From the human T2T-CHM13v2.0 reference genome, Homo sapiens, in assembly GCF_009914755.1 (NCBI RefSeq), contig NC_060935.1: a stretch of DNA of 64,000 bases, one strand, 5' to 3'. Numbering within the stretch: the stretch's first letter is position 1; each line of letters begins with the position of its first letter. The notes beneath the pieces were generated by a model. That model was not told the origin of the DNA, ran no database searches, and was given only the letters and a program-made list of their open reading frames with translations. Shown piece after piece: positions 1 to 18,805 of this stretch. Position numbers and translations under genes: made by a program.

Positions 1-36
1 GTGTAGCCAGGAAGTCTGTTTTAAAGATACAGCTGA

Positions 37-353
<317 letters not shown>

Positions 354-599
354 TCTGAACTCTTATGGAATGGCTACTCATTGCCTGTAAGATAAAGTGT
401 GCACTCCCATATCATATAAGGTATTAACTTTCTGAGCCTCATCCAGCTCTCCAATATTCATCTTCTTCCCACCCCATTTCTACTGACTTCATAAGTTTCC
501 ATGTTTTTTTCAGTCTCATGTTCTCTTTACTCTATCTTTTTACATGTTAGTCCTCTTTTCTGAGAAGCCGTTTCCCCATTTCACCTGGCCAACTAATAC

Positions 600-870
600 A
601 CGTTCGTTGAGACTCAGCTCAGTCACTTACATTCTTTCAAAAGTGTTCCCAGACATTTCTCACGTAAGCTAAATGTTCCCATCAATGTACTTCCCAAGGT
701 CCCTATCCTTACCAGTATCATGGTACTCATCCACATGGTATTGTCTGCTAATTTACTTCCATGCCTTTCTAAGTAGATTATAAAGTCCTTTATGAAGAAT
801 ACTTTATGTATCTTTGAAAGCTGGGGACCTACCAGACAGCTGATATTTGGTTAGTGTTCAATAAATTTTG
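600..870 (+). mobile_element. L2 remnant
   Basis: Degraded L2 3' end (tagtgttcaataaattttgg). Confidence 0.5.
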
Positions 871-935
871 GTTAAGAAAAAAAGTTAAATGACACTTAGT
901 GGATAGTCTGAGAGGGTTATGAAAACACATTTTAA

Positions 936-1060
936 GCCTGACAAGGTGGTGCGTGCCTCTAGTCTCAGCTACTTCATAGGCTGAAGTGGGAGGATCCCTT
1001 GAGCCTAGCAGTTAGAGGCCAGTCTGGGCAACAGAGTGAGACTCCATCTCTTAAAAAAAT
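936..1060 (+). mobile_element. Alu monomer (FAM/FRAM/FLAM-like)
   Basis: Single diverged arm with A tail. Confidence 0.8.
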
Positions 1061-1759
1061 ATTTAACATCCTGAATCCCCTTCCCGCAAAAAAAGAAAAA
1101 GGAAAGAACACATTTTGTCTTCAACATAATTTAAACTTTTTTTAAAAAAAATGTATAACATAAAATTTACCTCATTAACCATTTTTAAGTGTAAGTTCAG
1201 TGGCACCAAATACATTCAAATTGTTGTCCAACCATTACTACTAATCCTTTCCAGAACGTCACAATCCCAAACAGAAACTCATACCCGTTAAACAATGACT
1301 GTCCAGTTCACCCTCACTTAAGCTCCTAGTAATCACTATTCTATTGTCTGTTTCTATGAATTTGCCTATTCTTAGTAATATACAAGTGTAATCATACAAT
1401 GTTTGGATTGGATCTGGTTATGTGGTCTTTTTGGGTCGGGTTTATTTTACTTAGCATAATATTTTCACGGTTCATCCAGGTTGTAGCATGTACCAGAATT
1501 TCATTCCTGTTTAAGGATAAGTAATATTCCATTGTGTGTATATATTACATTTTATTTATCTATTCAGTTTTTGATGGACACAGGTTTTTTTCTACATCTT
1601 GGCTATTGCAAAGAATGCTGCTATGAACACTGATGTACAAGTTATCTGTTTGAGTTTCTGCATTTAGTTCTTTTGTGTATATACCCAGAAATGAAATTGC
1701 TGGATATGTGATAACTCTAAGTTTCCCTTTTTGAGGAACCACCATACTGTTTTCCATAG

Positions 1760-2156
<397 letters not shown>

Positions 2157-2448
2157 AATAATAGCTATTCTTTAAATGTGAAGTAGTATCTCCTTGTGGT
2201 GTCAATTTGCATTTCCCTAATGGCTGGTGATGTTGAGCATCTTTTCATGTGTTTATTGACCAATTGTTTATCTTCTTTAGAGTAACGTCTATTTGAGTCT
2301 TTTACCTACTTCAAACAAATTTTGTTGTTATTGTTGAATCGTAGGAGTTTTACGAATAAGATGTATTCTGGATATTAATCCCTTCTCAGTTACATGACTT
2401 ACAAATATTTTCTCCTTTTCTATGGGTTGCATTTTTGCTTTTTTCGTA

Positions 2449-2784
<336 letters not shown>

Positions 2785-2927
2785 CTTCATAGTTTTCTTT
2801 GATACACAAAATTTTTAAATTTTGATGAAGTCCGATTTATCTATTTTTTTTTCTTTTTTTGCCTGTGCTTTTCATGTCATATCCAAGAATTCATTGACAA
2901 ATCCAATGTCATGAAGCTTTCCACTAT

Positions 2928-3249
2928 GTTTTCTTTTCTTTTTTTCTTTGAGACGGAGTCTCACTCTGTCACCTAGGCTGGAGTGAGGTGGCGCAGTCTT
3001 GGCTCATGGCAACATCCGTCTCCTGGGTTCAAGCAATTCTCCTGCCTCAGCCTTCCAAGTAGCTAAGACTACCATGCCAGCTAATTTTTGCTGGCATATG
3101 CTACCATGCCAGCTAATTTTTGTATTTTTAATAGAGATGGGGTTTCACCAAGTTGGCCTGGCTGGTCTCAAACTCCTGACCTCAAGTGATCTGCCACTCT
3201 TCGCTTCCCAAAGTGTTGGGATTACAGGCATGAGCCACCACACCTGGCT
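2928..3249 (-). mobile_element. AluS with internal duplication
   Basis: Dimer; TSD cactatgttttctttt. Confidence 0.9.
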
Positions 3250-4946
3250 CACTATGTTTTCTTTTGGGAGTTTTATAGTTTTATCTCTAATGTTTAGACT
3301 TTTGATCCATTTTGAGTCAATTTTCGCATATTGTGTAAGATAAGGGTGTAACTTCATTCTTTTGCATGTGAATATCCAGTTTTCCCAATATCATTTCTTG
3401 AAAACACTACTTTCTCCATTGAATGGCCTTGGCAACCCAGTTGAAAATTGTTTGATTGTATGTGCAGCAGGTTATTTCTGGGGTCTCTATTCTATTCCTT
3501 TGGTCTGTAGATCTGTCTTTATGGCAGTATCACACTGTGATGGTGTAGCACCATCAGAAAATGTGAGTTGAAAAATTTGTTATTTTTCAACATTGTTTTG
3601 GCTATTTGGGGTCTCTCGAGGCCCATATTAATTTTTAGGATGGATTGTTTTTATTTCTGCAAAAAACATTATTGGGATTTTGATAAAGATAGCATTGAAT
3701 TGCTTTGGGTAATATTGACATATTAATTAAGGCTTCCAATCTATGAACATGGGATGTTTTTCCATTTACCTTTCGTTTCTTTCAGCAGCTTTTGTAGTTT
3801 TTCAGTGGACAAATCTTTCACCTCCTTGATTAATTTTATTCTAGGCATTTTATTCTTTTTGATGTTATCATAAATGCAATTGCTTTCTTAATTTCTTTTT
3901 CAGATTGCTCATTACTAATATGTAGAAATACAACTGATTTTTGAGTGTTGATTTTGTATCCTACAAGTTTTATGAATTTGTTTATTAGGTCTAACTGGTT
4001 TTTGGTAGAATATTTACTTTTTCCTACATTTCAGATTATGTCATCTGTAAACACAGATAATTTTACTTCAGTTGATTCAGTTTGGTTGCCTTTTATTTCT
4101 TTGTCCTGCCTCGTTGCTCTGGCTACAATTTCCAGTTTTGTTTTGAATAGAAGTGGCAAAACCAGGCATCCTTGTCTTATTCCTAATCTTGGAGGGAAAG
4201 CTTTTAGTCTTTTAGTATCAAGTATGATGTTAGCCATTGGTTTTTAATAATAGCTTTTATCAAGTTGAAAAGATTTCCTTTTATTCCTAGTTTATTGATT
4301 TTTTTAAATCATGAAAGGGTGTTGAATTTTGTCAAATGCTTTTTCTGCATCAATTGAGATGATCATGTGGTTTTCTTCTCCTTCATCCTGTTGATATGGT
4401 GTATTATACTGATTGATTTTTTGTGTGTTGAACTGTTCTTGCATTCTAGGAATAAAACCTACTTGGTAATGGTGTATAGCTCCTTATTAATATGCTACTG
4501 AATTTTTTGATAGTAGTTTGTTGAGGATTTCTGTGTCAATATTCATAGGGGACATTGATTTGTAGTTTTCTTTTTGTGTAGTGTCTTTGTATGGCTTTGA
4601 TATGAGGGTAATGCTGGCCACATAGAATGAGATTTGTAAGTAGTTTCTTCTCTTCAATTCTTTTGAAGAGTTTGAGAAGGATTGCTATTAGTGCTTCTTA
4701 AGTATTTGGTAATATTCACCAGTGAAGCCAACTGATCCTGGGCTTTTTTTTTGTTAAGATGTTTTGATTACTAAGGCAATCTCCCTACTAGTTATAGTAT
4801 TCTATTTCCTATTTCTTACATTTTCTATTTCTTCCTGAGTCAGTTTTGGTAGGTTGTGTATTTCTAGGAATCTGTCCACTTTATCTAGGTTACCCAGTGT
4901 GTGTTGGCAAACAGTTGTTCATAGAATTATCTTATAACCTTTTTCA

Positions 4947-5262
<316 letters not shown>

Positions 5263-5303
5263 AACCTTTTTCATTTCTGTAAAATCAGTAGTAATATCCC
5301 CAC

Positions 5304-5631
5304 TTTTATTTATTTATTTATTTTTAAGTTGAGACAGGGTCTTACTTTATTGCCCAGGCTAGAGTGCAATGGCACCATCGGCTCACTGCAACCTCTGCCT
5401 CCTGGGTTCAAGCGATTCTCCCGCCTCAGCCTCCCAAGTAACTGGGGTTACAGGCATGTGCCACCACACCTGGCTAATTTTTTTATTTTTTGGTAGAGAT
5501 GGTATTTTTTTGGTAGAGACAGGGTTTCACCATGTTGGCCAGGCTGGTCTTAAACTCCTGACCTCAGGTAATCTGCCCACCTCAGCCTCTCAAAGTGCTG
5601 AGATTACAGGTGCGAGCCACTGCAACTGGCC
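5304..5631 (-). mobile_element. AluS
   Basis: Dimer; TSD cacttttattt. Confidence 0.9.
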
Positions 5632-5882
5632 TCACACTTTTATTTCTGATTTTTGTAATATGAGTGTTCTGTCTCTTTTTCTTAGTCAATCTAGCTGAAG
5701 GTTTGTCAGTTCTGTCAATGTTTTCAAAGAACCGGCCTTTGGTTTTATTGATTTTCTGTATTGTTTTTCTATTCTATATTTTATTTAATCCCCTCTAATC
5801 TTTATTATTTCCTTCTTTCTGCTAGCATTTGGTTTAATTTGTGTCTTTTCTAGTTTCTTAAGATGTAAAGTTAGATTATTGA

Positions 5883-6209
<327 letters not shown>

Positions 6210-6480
6210 TAAGACCTTTTTAAAAGAATAGGTTTACAGCTGCATATTCCCTCTTAGCACTGCTTTCACTACATCCCATAAGTTTTGGTATGTTGTGTTT
6301 TTATTTTCATTTGTCTTAAAGTTATTTTCTAATTCATTTTGTCATATCTTCATTGGCCCATTGGTTGTTTAAAAGTATATTGTTGAATTTCCACATATTT
6401 TTGTTATTTCTAGTTTCATTTCATTGTGATGAATGGACACCTTGCATAATTTAAATCTTAAGATTTATTAAGAATTTTCT

Positions 6481-7113
<633 letters not shown>

Positions 7114-7117
7114 CTAA

Positions 7118-7428
<311 letters not shown>

Positions 7429-7483
7429 TAAAATAAAATTTCTTTAAAAATTGTTTTGCTGCCTAAAATATGGTCTGTCCTAG

Positions 7484-7842
7484 TGGTATAGTTTGGATGT
7501 TTGTCCATCTAAACCTTATGTTGAAATATTATCCCAATGTAGGATGTGGGGGCCTAATTTAATAATCCCCTCAGCAGTGAGTGAGTTATTGCTGAAATAA
7601 TTAATTCCTGCTGCTTGTACAAAGAGCCTGGTACTGTGGCACCCCACCTTGCTTTCACTCTTCCCATGTGATTACTGCATACACTAGCTCCCCTTTGCCT
7701 TCCACCATGAGTGGAAGCAGCCTGAGGCTCTCACCAGATGCCTTCCAATCAGCAGAATTGTGAACCAAATAAACTCTTTTTCTTCATAAATTACCCAGTC
7801 TCAAGTTTTTTAAAAAATAGCAACACAAAATAGACTAAGACT
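7484..7842 (+). mobile_element. MaLR solo LTR (MSTB-like) inside L1
   Basis: tggtatagtttggatgtttgtcc ... aataaactc ... gactaagac; 5-bp TSD cctag/tctag; L1 rejoins across it. Confidence 0.85.
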
Positions 7843-8766
7843 TCTAGAGAATGTTCCGTGCACACTTGAGAAAAATGTGTATTCTGCTGTTGCTGGATGG
7901 AGTTTTCTGTAAATGTTTGTAGATCTAGTTGTTTTATAGTGGTGTTCAAGTTTTCTGTTGGATCTTTATTGGTCTTATCCTTATTGATCTTCTGTCTGGT
8001 CATTCTATCCATTATTGAAAGTGGGATATTTTAGTCTCTAATTATTATTGTGGGACTGACTATTTCTCTGTTTGATTCTGTCAATTTACTTTATATATTT
8101 GGTGTCTCTGTTGGTTCCTTCATATATATTTATAATTGTATATCTTCTTGATGAATTGATCCTTCATCAATATATAATCTCTTTCTTTGTCTCTTGAAAC
8201 AGTCTTCAAGTTAACATCTAGTTTGTCTGTTATTAGTATAGCCATCCCAGCTTTCTTTTGATTACTATTTGCATGAAACATCTTCTTCCACCATTTTACC
8301 TTCAAACTTGTGCTTTTAGATCTAAAATGAGCCTCCTGTAGACAGCACATAGTTGCATTGTATTTTTTAATTCATTCTGCTAATCTCTTTTGATTGAAGA
8401 GTTTAATCCATTTACATTTAATGTAATTACTAAGAAAGGACTTCTGTCATTTTGTTATTTGTTTTCTCTATGTTTCTAGCTTTTTTGTTTCTAATTACTC
8501 CATTGCTGCTTTCTTTTGTGTTTAGTTGATTTTTCTTAGTGACATGTTTTGACTCCCTTCTCATTTCCTTTTGTATATATTCTATAGATATAATTTTGTG
8601 ACTACTATAGTGAATACATATAAGATCCTAAAGTTATAACAATGTAATTTGAATCAATGCCAACTTAACTTCAATTGAGTACAAAAATTCTACTCCTATA
8701 CAGCTCTGCTCTCCCCTCTCACTTTATGTTATTGATGTCCTGAATTACATCTTTATATTGTGTACT

Positions 8767-9215
8767 TATATTAGTTTCCTAGGGCTGCTGTAACAAATGG
8801 TCACAAATTGGGTGACTTAAACAAGAAAAACTTATTGTCTCACAATTTGGGAGGCTAAAAGTCTGAGATCAACATGTCAGTAGGGTTGCATCTTTCTGAG
8901 GTGGTAAGAGAATATGTTCTATGCTTCTCATCTAGCTTCCGGTACTTCTGGAAAAATTTGAAATTCTTTGACTTGTAGAAATGTTATCCTAATCTCTGAT
9001 TTCATCTTCTTATGTCATTCTGTCTGTCTCCAAATTTTCCCTCTTTATAAGGACACCAATGATATTGGATTAGGGGTCACCCCACTTTATTATTACCTCA
9101 TCTTAACTAATTGTATCTGCAATGGCTTTATTTCCAAATAAGGTCACATTCTGGGGTACTGAGGGTTAGGATTTCAACATATGAATTTTGAAGGGACATA
9201 AATCAACTCACAGCA
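8767..9215 (-). mobile_element. MaLR solo LTR (MLT1B/C-like)
   Basis: tattagtttcctagggctgctgtaacaaa ... gggttaggatttcaacatatgaatttt. Confidence 0.82.
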
Positions 9216-10022
9216 TTGTTTAATGATACAGCTTTATAATAATTTTTAAATGTATTTTCTCTTTTAAATCCTTTAGCAGAGCTCTTTACTTCTTCATAAA
9301 GCTTTAAGTTACATCTAACACTCTTTAATTTTGACCCAAAAGGACTTCCCTTTTCATTTCTTGTGGGGGCAAGTCTAAATGGTAATAAATTCTGTTGGCT
9401 TTTGTTTATCTGAAAATGTCTTAACTGCTTCCTCATTTTGAAGGAACATTTTGCCAGATATATAATTCTTGGTTGACAGTTCTTTGTCTTTCACCATTTT
9501 AAATGTCATCCCACATCCTTCCTATCTCCAGTGTTTCTGATGAAAAATTCAGTGATACTCTTTTTTTTTCTTTTTGTGTTAGTAAAAATCTCACAATTGT
9601 GGCATTTTCACTGAAGATTCCTTACTGAGTTGCATCTCTCTTGCTGTTTTCAAGACTCTTTCTTTGTCTTTTGATGGATTGATTATAATGTGTCTTGGTG
9701 TGGATCTTTTTGAGCTTATCATACTTGAAGTTTTTTGGCTTCTTGGAGTTGTTGATGTGTGTCTTTTATGAAATTTGGGGTGTTTTGGCCAAGATTTCTT
9801 CAATACCTTTCTTCCCCTTTTTCTCTCTCTTCTCTTTCTGAGATCTCCATAATACATATATTAGGCTGCTTCATGGTGAGCCATAGTTCCCTCAGACTCT
9901 ATTCATTTTCCTTCATTCTTTTTTCTTTCTGTTCTTCAGACTTTATAATTCTAATTGTCCTTGTCTCAAGTTTGCTAATTCTTTCTTCTACTTGTTCAAA
10001 TTAGCTGTTGAATCTCTGGTGA

Positions 10023-10381
<359 letters not shown>

Positions 10382-10428
10382 TAATTTCTATATCTTTGTT
10401 GATATTCTCATTTTGTTCATATGTCTTT

Positions 10429-11092
<664 letters not shown>

Positions 11093-11514
11093 TTCTTTTC
11101 CTGATTTCCTTTACTTCTTTTTTCTTTAGGTTTTCTTGTTTTAAATCATGTAGAGTTTTGTCTAAGTCTGAAGTCTGGGTTTCCTCAGGAATGGCTCCTG
11201 TCAATTTATTTTGTTGTTTTGAATGAGTCGTATTTTCCTGTTTCTTTGTATACTTTGTGATTTTTCAAATTGGGCAAATGCCCAATCATTATAATATGGT
11301 AATTCTGGAAAGGACTTTTTTCCCTTTGTCCAGGGTTTGCTGTTTTCTTTTTCTTTTTCTTTTTTCGTTGTTGAAGGCTGTAATAGTCTGTTAGTTTTGA
11401 GAGTTTTCTTAACTATTTTTGCAGAGGCTATTGTGTTGGATCACTGAAATCTCTGTTCCATTAGCTTATGTTTAGTTAATGCTTTAACAAAGATTAAACA
11501 ACAATGTTGTTTAA

Positions 11515-11870
<356 letters not shown>

Positions 11871-12422
11871 AGTCCTAGGGCATTCTTTTAACACTTAGCT
11901 AAGCTTGTTTTGTGCCTAGGGATCAGGCACAAAGCTTCGAGGTGGAAGCTTAAGGTCTTCTCAGGTCTTTTCTGAGCATGCATCTTGCATGGACATGCAC
12001 ATGGCTTCCTAAATTCTCTCATATATATGGCTGCTTTTGAACGTCTGAATTAGTTAGTCGTACTGCAGCTTCTCCTCTGGGGTTTAGATGGTCTGTTATA
12101 TATCTTCACCTGTAATTTTTTGTCCCAGGAGTCTGTGGATCTGCAGTCGCCTTGCAGGTTTTATGAGTAGTGCCTACCACTTTTTTCACCTGAGTTCTGA
12201 GTTAGGCAAAACAGAGACTATCTCTTTGTTTCAGTTTTTCAAGTATCTGCCAGAACAGACATACATAGTAATTTGTGAACAAGATCTGCTATGCTCCTTC
12301 TGGTTCAAGAAAGGGTACTGGGAACTAGGCTGTTGCCAGTTCAAGACCAAAACCACATAATGGAGAAGGGTGGGGTAAGACTCAGTAATAAATAATGTCA
12401 GAAAACTTTCCTACCATTTTGA

Positions 12423-12744
<322 letters not shown>

Positions 12745-14346
12745 GGCTTTTTCTTGATTGGACATTTGCTTGGTGGCTGTCAACTTTGTTTTCCAGAGTT
12801 CTGATAAAGTTGGTTCAAAGAGTTTCTGCTTCTTTTCCCCTCATATGTTTCTGTGGGGAAATAAAAGCTTCACCCTTCCTAGCCTGCCATTTTGCTGATA
12901 TTCTCTTCAACAGAGTTTTGCCTTCACTTGGACTTTCACCAAAGGGCAGCAGAGGACTCGGCATGTAACCTAAATGAAGGTGTGTGCAATCACAATATAA
13001 CGGTGGGAACAGAGACACTCTTGGCCACTGTAAAGAAACTTGGAATAGGAACTTGGGTGGAGAGTTGGGATTTTATAGATGAGGAATCTAGGAGGATATT
13101 GAATGACAGTTGAGAACAGAGAAGCTTATAAAACAAAGTTTTGTCCAGGTAGTAAATTGCTTGGGGAGCTTGTGCTTGCTGACAGTAAGGGACAGCTGCA
13201 ATTACATGCTATGAATGGTTGGGTCTGATTTCTGGTTGCAAATTAATTCTAGCTTATGAAGGATCCTGAGCAATGCCAAAAGTGACCAAGTAGAAGAATA
13301 TGTGAAAAGAATGAGATGACTGGTTCTGGTATTAAACTAGAGCCTCTCCTCAGGGTTCAGAGAACCTGTCTAATTTACTGTATTCCTTATGGCACCTTAC
13401 ATATCAGCTTGTTTCACCCTGCCTGTGCTTGCCAGTCATATCTCAGAAGTGACTGGGGGAGGTAAGCCTCTGGTGATTGTCTCCATTTCTCCATCACTGC
13501 ACTCTTTTCCCCATCAGCAGTGTCCCCTGCTTCTCCTCTTAGTGTTCTTTTCTACTACTTATCCTCCTTTGCCTCCTACTTCCTCTGAGGAAATATGCTC
13601 CAAATAAATAATCTGCTGAATGAATTCACACTAAGGTGGGCATGGTCAATAAAACTTGAGTGTAAACCTTCCCAGGGGCTACTTGCATTTTAATAGAAGC
13701 TTACATTTCAAGAAAAAAGAAAAAAAGTTCTAATTATGAAACTCCACATGCTAGCTGTTTCATAGGAAAGAGACTTTTTAGAGGACCTGGTCCCAACTCA
13801 GAATTTCTGTTTTCCAGGTACAATCTAATCCAAAAGGTCAAGATAAGGACATTCTAAATCAAAAAAGAGCTTTAGAAAACCAACATTTTCCTCCCGATAT
13901 GAAAAGAAGATCTGGGGCTGATTTGAGCTGTGATATCGTTGGATAATGACCTTTTACACCTTTCCAGCCAAAGACACCAGGGATAAAACCAAGACCTTGC
14001 CATATTGAGAAGTTAGGCCAGGGGGATTTTCACCTTGCTACAGAAAAAGAAAGGCTGATGAGCAGGAATAGAACAGATCTAATTTAGGATCTTGGCTATT
14101 TAGAGGCTAATAAGCAGGCTCCATATGTTTATATGGCCTTTCTTCCTACTCATTGTTAGAAAATCTTCTTTGGGAAACAGTGTACCAAGTGGGGAGGTGC
14201 CAATGCTAGAAGAATGGGTACCAGAAAATAAGAGCAATAAGAGCTAAGAGTGGGAAATACATATCACCATGATTGATTTAACCTCTCCCGGCCTCTGTTC
14301 TTTCATCTGTAGTGTGGGAACAACACTATCTACTGAAGACAGTTAG

Positions 14347-14480
<134 letters not shown>

Positions 14481-14730
14481 TTTCAGAATTTTGAATAATG
14501 ATTAGGAAGACCTTCCCCATTCCAAGATTATAAGACTCCTCCCATGTTTTCTTCTAATACTTTTATGGTTTCATTTTTACATTTAGATCTTTTTCCATTT
14601 GGATCATATCCTTGTGTATGGTGGGAGGTGGGGCTCCTACTTTCATGTGTTTCCAGAGGCCTATCCCGTTTCCTTACAACATGTGTTGAACAGTCCATCT
14701 TTCCCCACTGATTTGTAAAGCCATCTTTAA
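14481..14730 (-). mobile_element. Old L1 (L1ME-like) ORF2 fragment, inverted relative to its continuation
   Basis: Reverse complement contains aagatctaaatgtaaaaatgaaaccataaaagtattagaagaaaacatggg. Confidence 0.75.
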
Positions 14731-14877
14731 AGGATGCAGCTTAAAGAAAATTAATGGCCAAAGTATTTATCATTATTGGAGAGATACATTAGAATTATTC
14801 TTGTAGTTTATAAAGAGCTTCCCTGTGCCTGTCTCATTTTATTTTTTGTTTTTGTTTATTTGTTTTTGGACTGCCCA

Positions 14878-15097
14878 TGCCTGGAGAACATAGTGGGACT
14901 CCATCTCTACAAAAAAATTAAAAAATTAGCTGGGCATGGTAGCGAGTGCCTGTAGTCCCAGCTACTCAGGAAGCGGAGGTGGGAGGACTGCTTGAACCCA
15001 GGACGTCAAGGGTGCAATGTGCCATGATTGAGCCACGAAACTCCAACCTGGGCAAGAGAATGAGAACCTGCCTGAAAAACAAAAACAAAAACACACA
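14878..15097 (+). mobile_element. 5'-truncated AluJ
   Basis: Starts at about Alu position 90; linker, right arm and tail present. Confidence 0.85.
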
Positions 15098-15265
15098 ATC
15101 AAAATTCTGAGCCCATAAAAAATATGATTGATAAGTGTAACTGCATCAAAATTAAAGTTTTTGTATGGTGAAAAACATCATTAGAAAGAAAGTAAAAAAA
15201 CAAACAAACAAAAAAAGAAAGAAAGTCAAAAGGCAATCAAGGCAATCAACAAACTGGGAAAAAAA

Positions 15266-15994
<729 letters not shown>

Positions 15995-16348
15995 AAAAAA
16001 GTGTTTGCAACATGCATGACAAAGAAAAGGCTAATCTCTATACAACGTGCTCCTATAAGCCAAGTATTGAAAGACTACTAACGTAATATAAACATAAGAA
16101 ATGTATGAATAGTCCATTCCTAGAAATGAAAAGGTGTTCTGCCTCACAGCAAGAGAAACACAAAGCAGAACCGTACTGAGATGTGATTTTTAACCTATGA
16201 TGGGCAAAAGTTTAAGTAAGTTTGATAAAACTATTGGCAAGGCTGTGGGGAAACAGGGATTCTTTTACCTTACTGCTGTGCATATAGATTACTAAAGCCC
16301 CTTTGGAGGCAATTTGGTTATATGTTTGCATATGTAAGTAAAATTACC

Positions 16349-16632
16349 TGCAGGCACAGTGGCTCCTGCCTATAATCCCAGGGCTTTGGGAGGGTGAGGC
16401 AGGGGGAGCGCATGAGGCCAGGACCTCAAGACCACCCTGGGTGTCTCTAGAAAAAATATAAAAAATTAGCCAGGTGGTGGCATGTGCCTGTAGTCCCAAC
16501 TACTTTGGAGGCTGAGGCAGGAGGATCACTTGAGCCCAGGAATTTGAGGTTACAATGAGCTATGATCATAACACTGCTCTCCAGCCTGGGTGACAGAGTG
16601 AGACCCAGTCTCTCATAATAATAATAGTAATA
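16349..16632 (+). mobile_element. AluJ
   Basis: Diverged dimer with (AAT)n tail. Confidence 0.85.
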
Positions 16633-16697
16633 AACCAAAATTACAAGTCCGTGGACTCTTTGACCCAGCAATTCTGTTTTTGAGAACTTATGCTATC

Positions 16698-17058
<361 letters not shown>

Positions 17059-17120
17059 TAATAAATTTTGGAATGCCCATGCAAATGGAAATAACGAGAA
17101 CTGTAAAAATAATGGAACAT

Positions 17121-17480
<360 letters not shown>

Positions 17481-18519
17481 TTATTAAGTGAAAAAGCAAG
17501 GTTAATATCAAAGTGTTGTGTTATCTTTTGCATAATAAAAATAAAAATCTATTTGTATTTGATTTGCATAAACAAAATCTGGAAGGATAAATAAGAGACT
17601 ACTAATGAAAATGGTTAAGTGGGGAGTCCGATGTGCAGGATGTGGGAACTGGATGGGTAGGGAATGAGATAAGATCAAGACTTGGCAACATCATTTTGGA
17701 CTAAAATGTTGAGCTATGTCAACATATTATCTTTTTATAAAATTAAATGAAATAAAAGAAACTTCGTTAGAGACCATTTGATTGTTCAGTTCACTGGTCA
17801 CTCAATACACAGTTATTGAGCATCTACCATGTGGCAGGCACTGTTCCAGGAACTGTGCCCAGAAGACAGGCACCAGATTATACAAGTCGTGATCTACTTA
17901 AAGCTCAAGAGTTTGTGTCTTTAATCACAGAAACCACCCTTTGAATGCCACAGATTCCATTATGCCCACCCAATAGTTTCCTCCCAACCCATCCATGGTG
18001 TTACTCACCATGGTAACAATATCCCCCATGGCCATTCAGATCTAGTAACAATTTAATGTTTGTCTTTTCTGTGTATGTTTTGTGTGTATATTTTTACATC
18101 TTGATTGTCTTTCTTTTTTTGAGCATGTTGTTCCATCTGGTTGGTAGAATATGATATGAAAAGGTCAGGACTTTAATTTTATGGACCATTTAGCTTCATT
18201 TGGAATGAGAATAAAGCTCCCATGACGAGAGATTTACCCGTCAATCTGAGCCAGAGGCTTAGCAGATGTCGGCACGTCCTCGATCACTGGAGGTCAGAGC
18301 AGGAGATCCTAGATGGTTTGCTCCCTTCAAACCTATTATCATTACCAGGAATGTCATCAGTAGAACACAACTTTTAGATAGTTTGGCAGAGGTATTATAT
18401 TCGTAAATAAAAGTAAATATGTCTGTGTGGGTGCACTTGTGTATGCATGTGTGATGTTTTGCAATCTCCTTGAGGGCAGCAGAAACAATGATGAAACGTA
18501 CAAGCATAATCCCAGAAAT

Positions 18520-18805
18520 TGACAAAGCACATTCCCTCACATCTTTCATGTCTGCGTTCATATACCATCTTCTCAGAAAGCCTTTCCCTGACCACCACTA
18601 GAAAGTAACTCACCTGAATTTTTGTCTGTTTTGTCCACTCTTGCACTCTCTTTCATCCTAGCTCTTACTGTATTTTTTCCTTTTTTGCAATTGCTTACTA
18701 GATGGTGAGCTCCTTAGAGGGAAGTATAGTACATATTTCCTCCATGTCTCCAGTACCCAACACAGTGCCTGACGTTGAGAGGGCTCTTAATAAGTGTTTG
18801 TGAAA
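18520..18805 (+). mobile_element. L2 3' remnant
   Basis: ttctcagaaagcctttccctgaccac ... aacacagtgcctgac ... taagtgtttgtgaa. Confidence 0.65.

Noticed and set aside
9560-9610. T-rich ~45-bp insert in the L1 ORF1 region
   Set aside because: No convincing TSD or identifiable source
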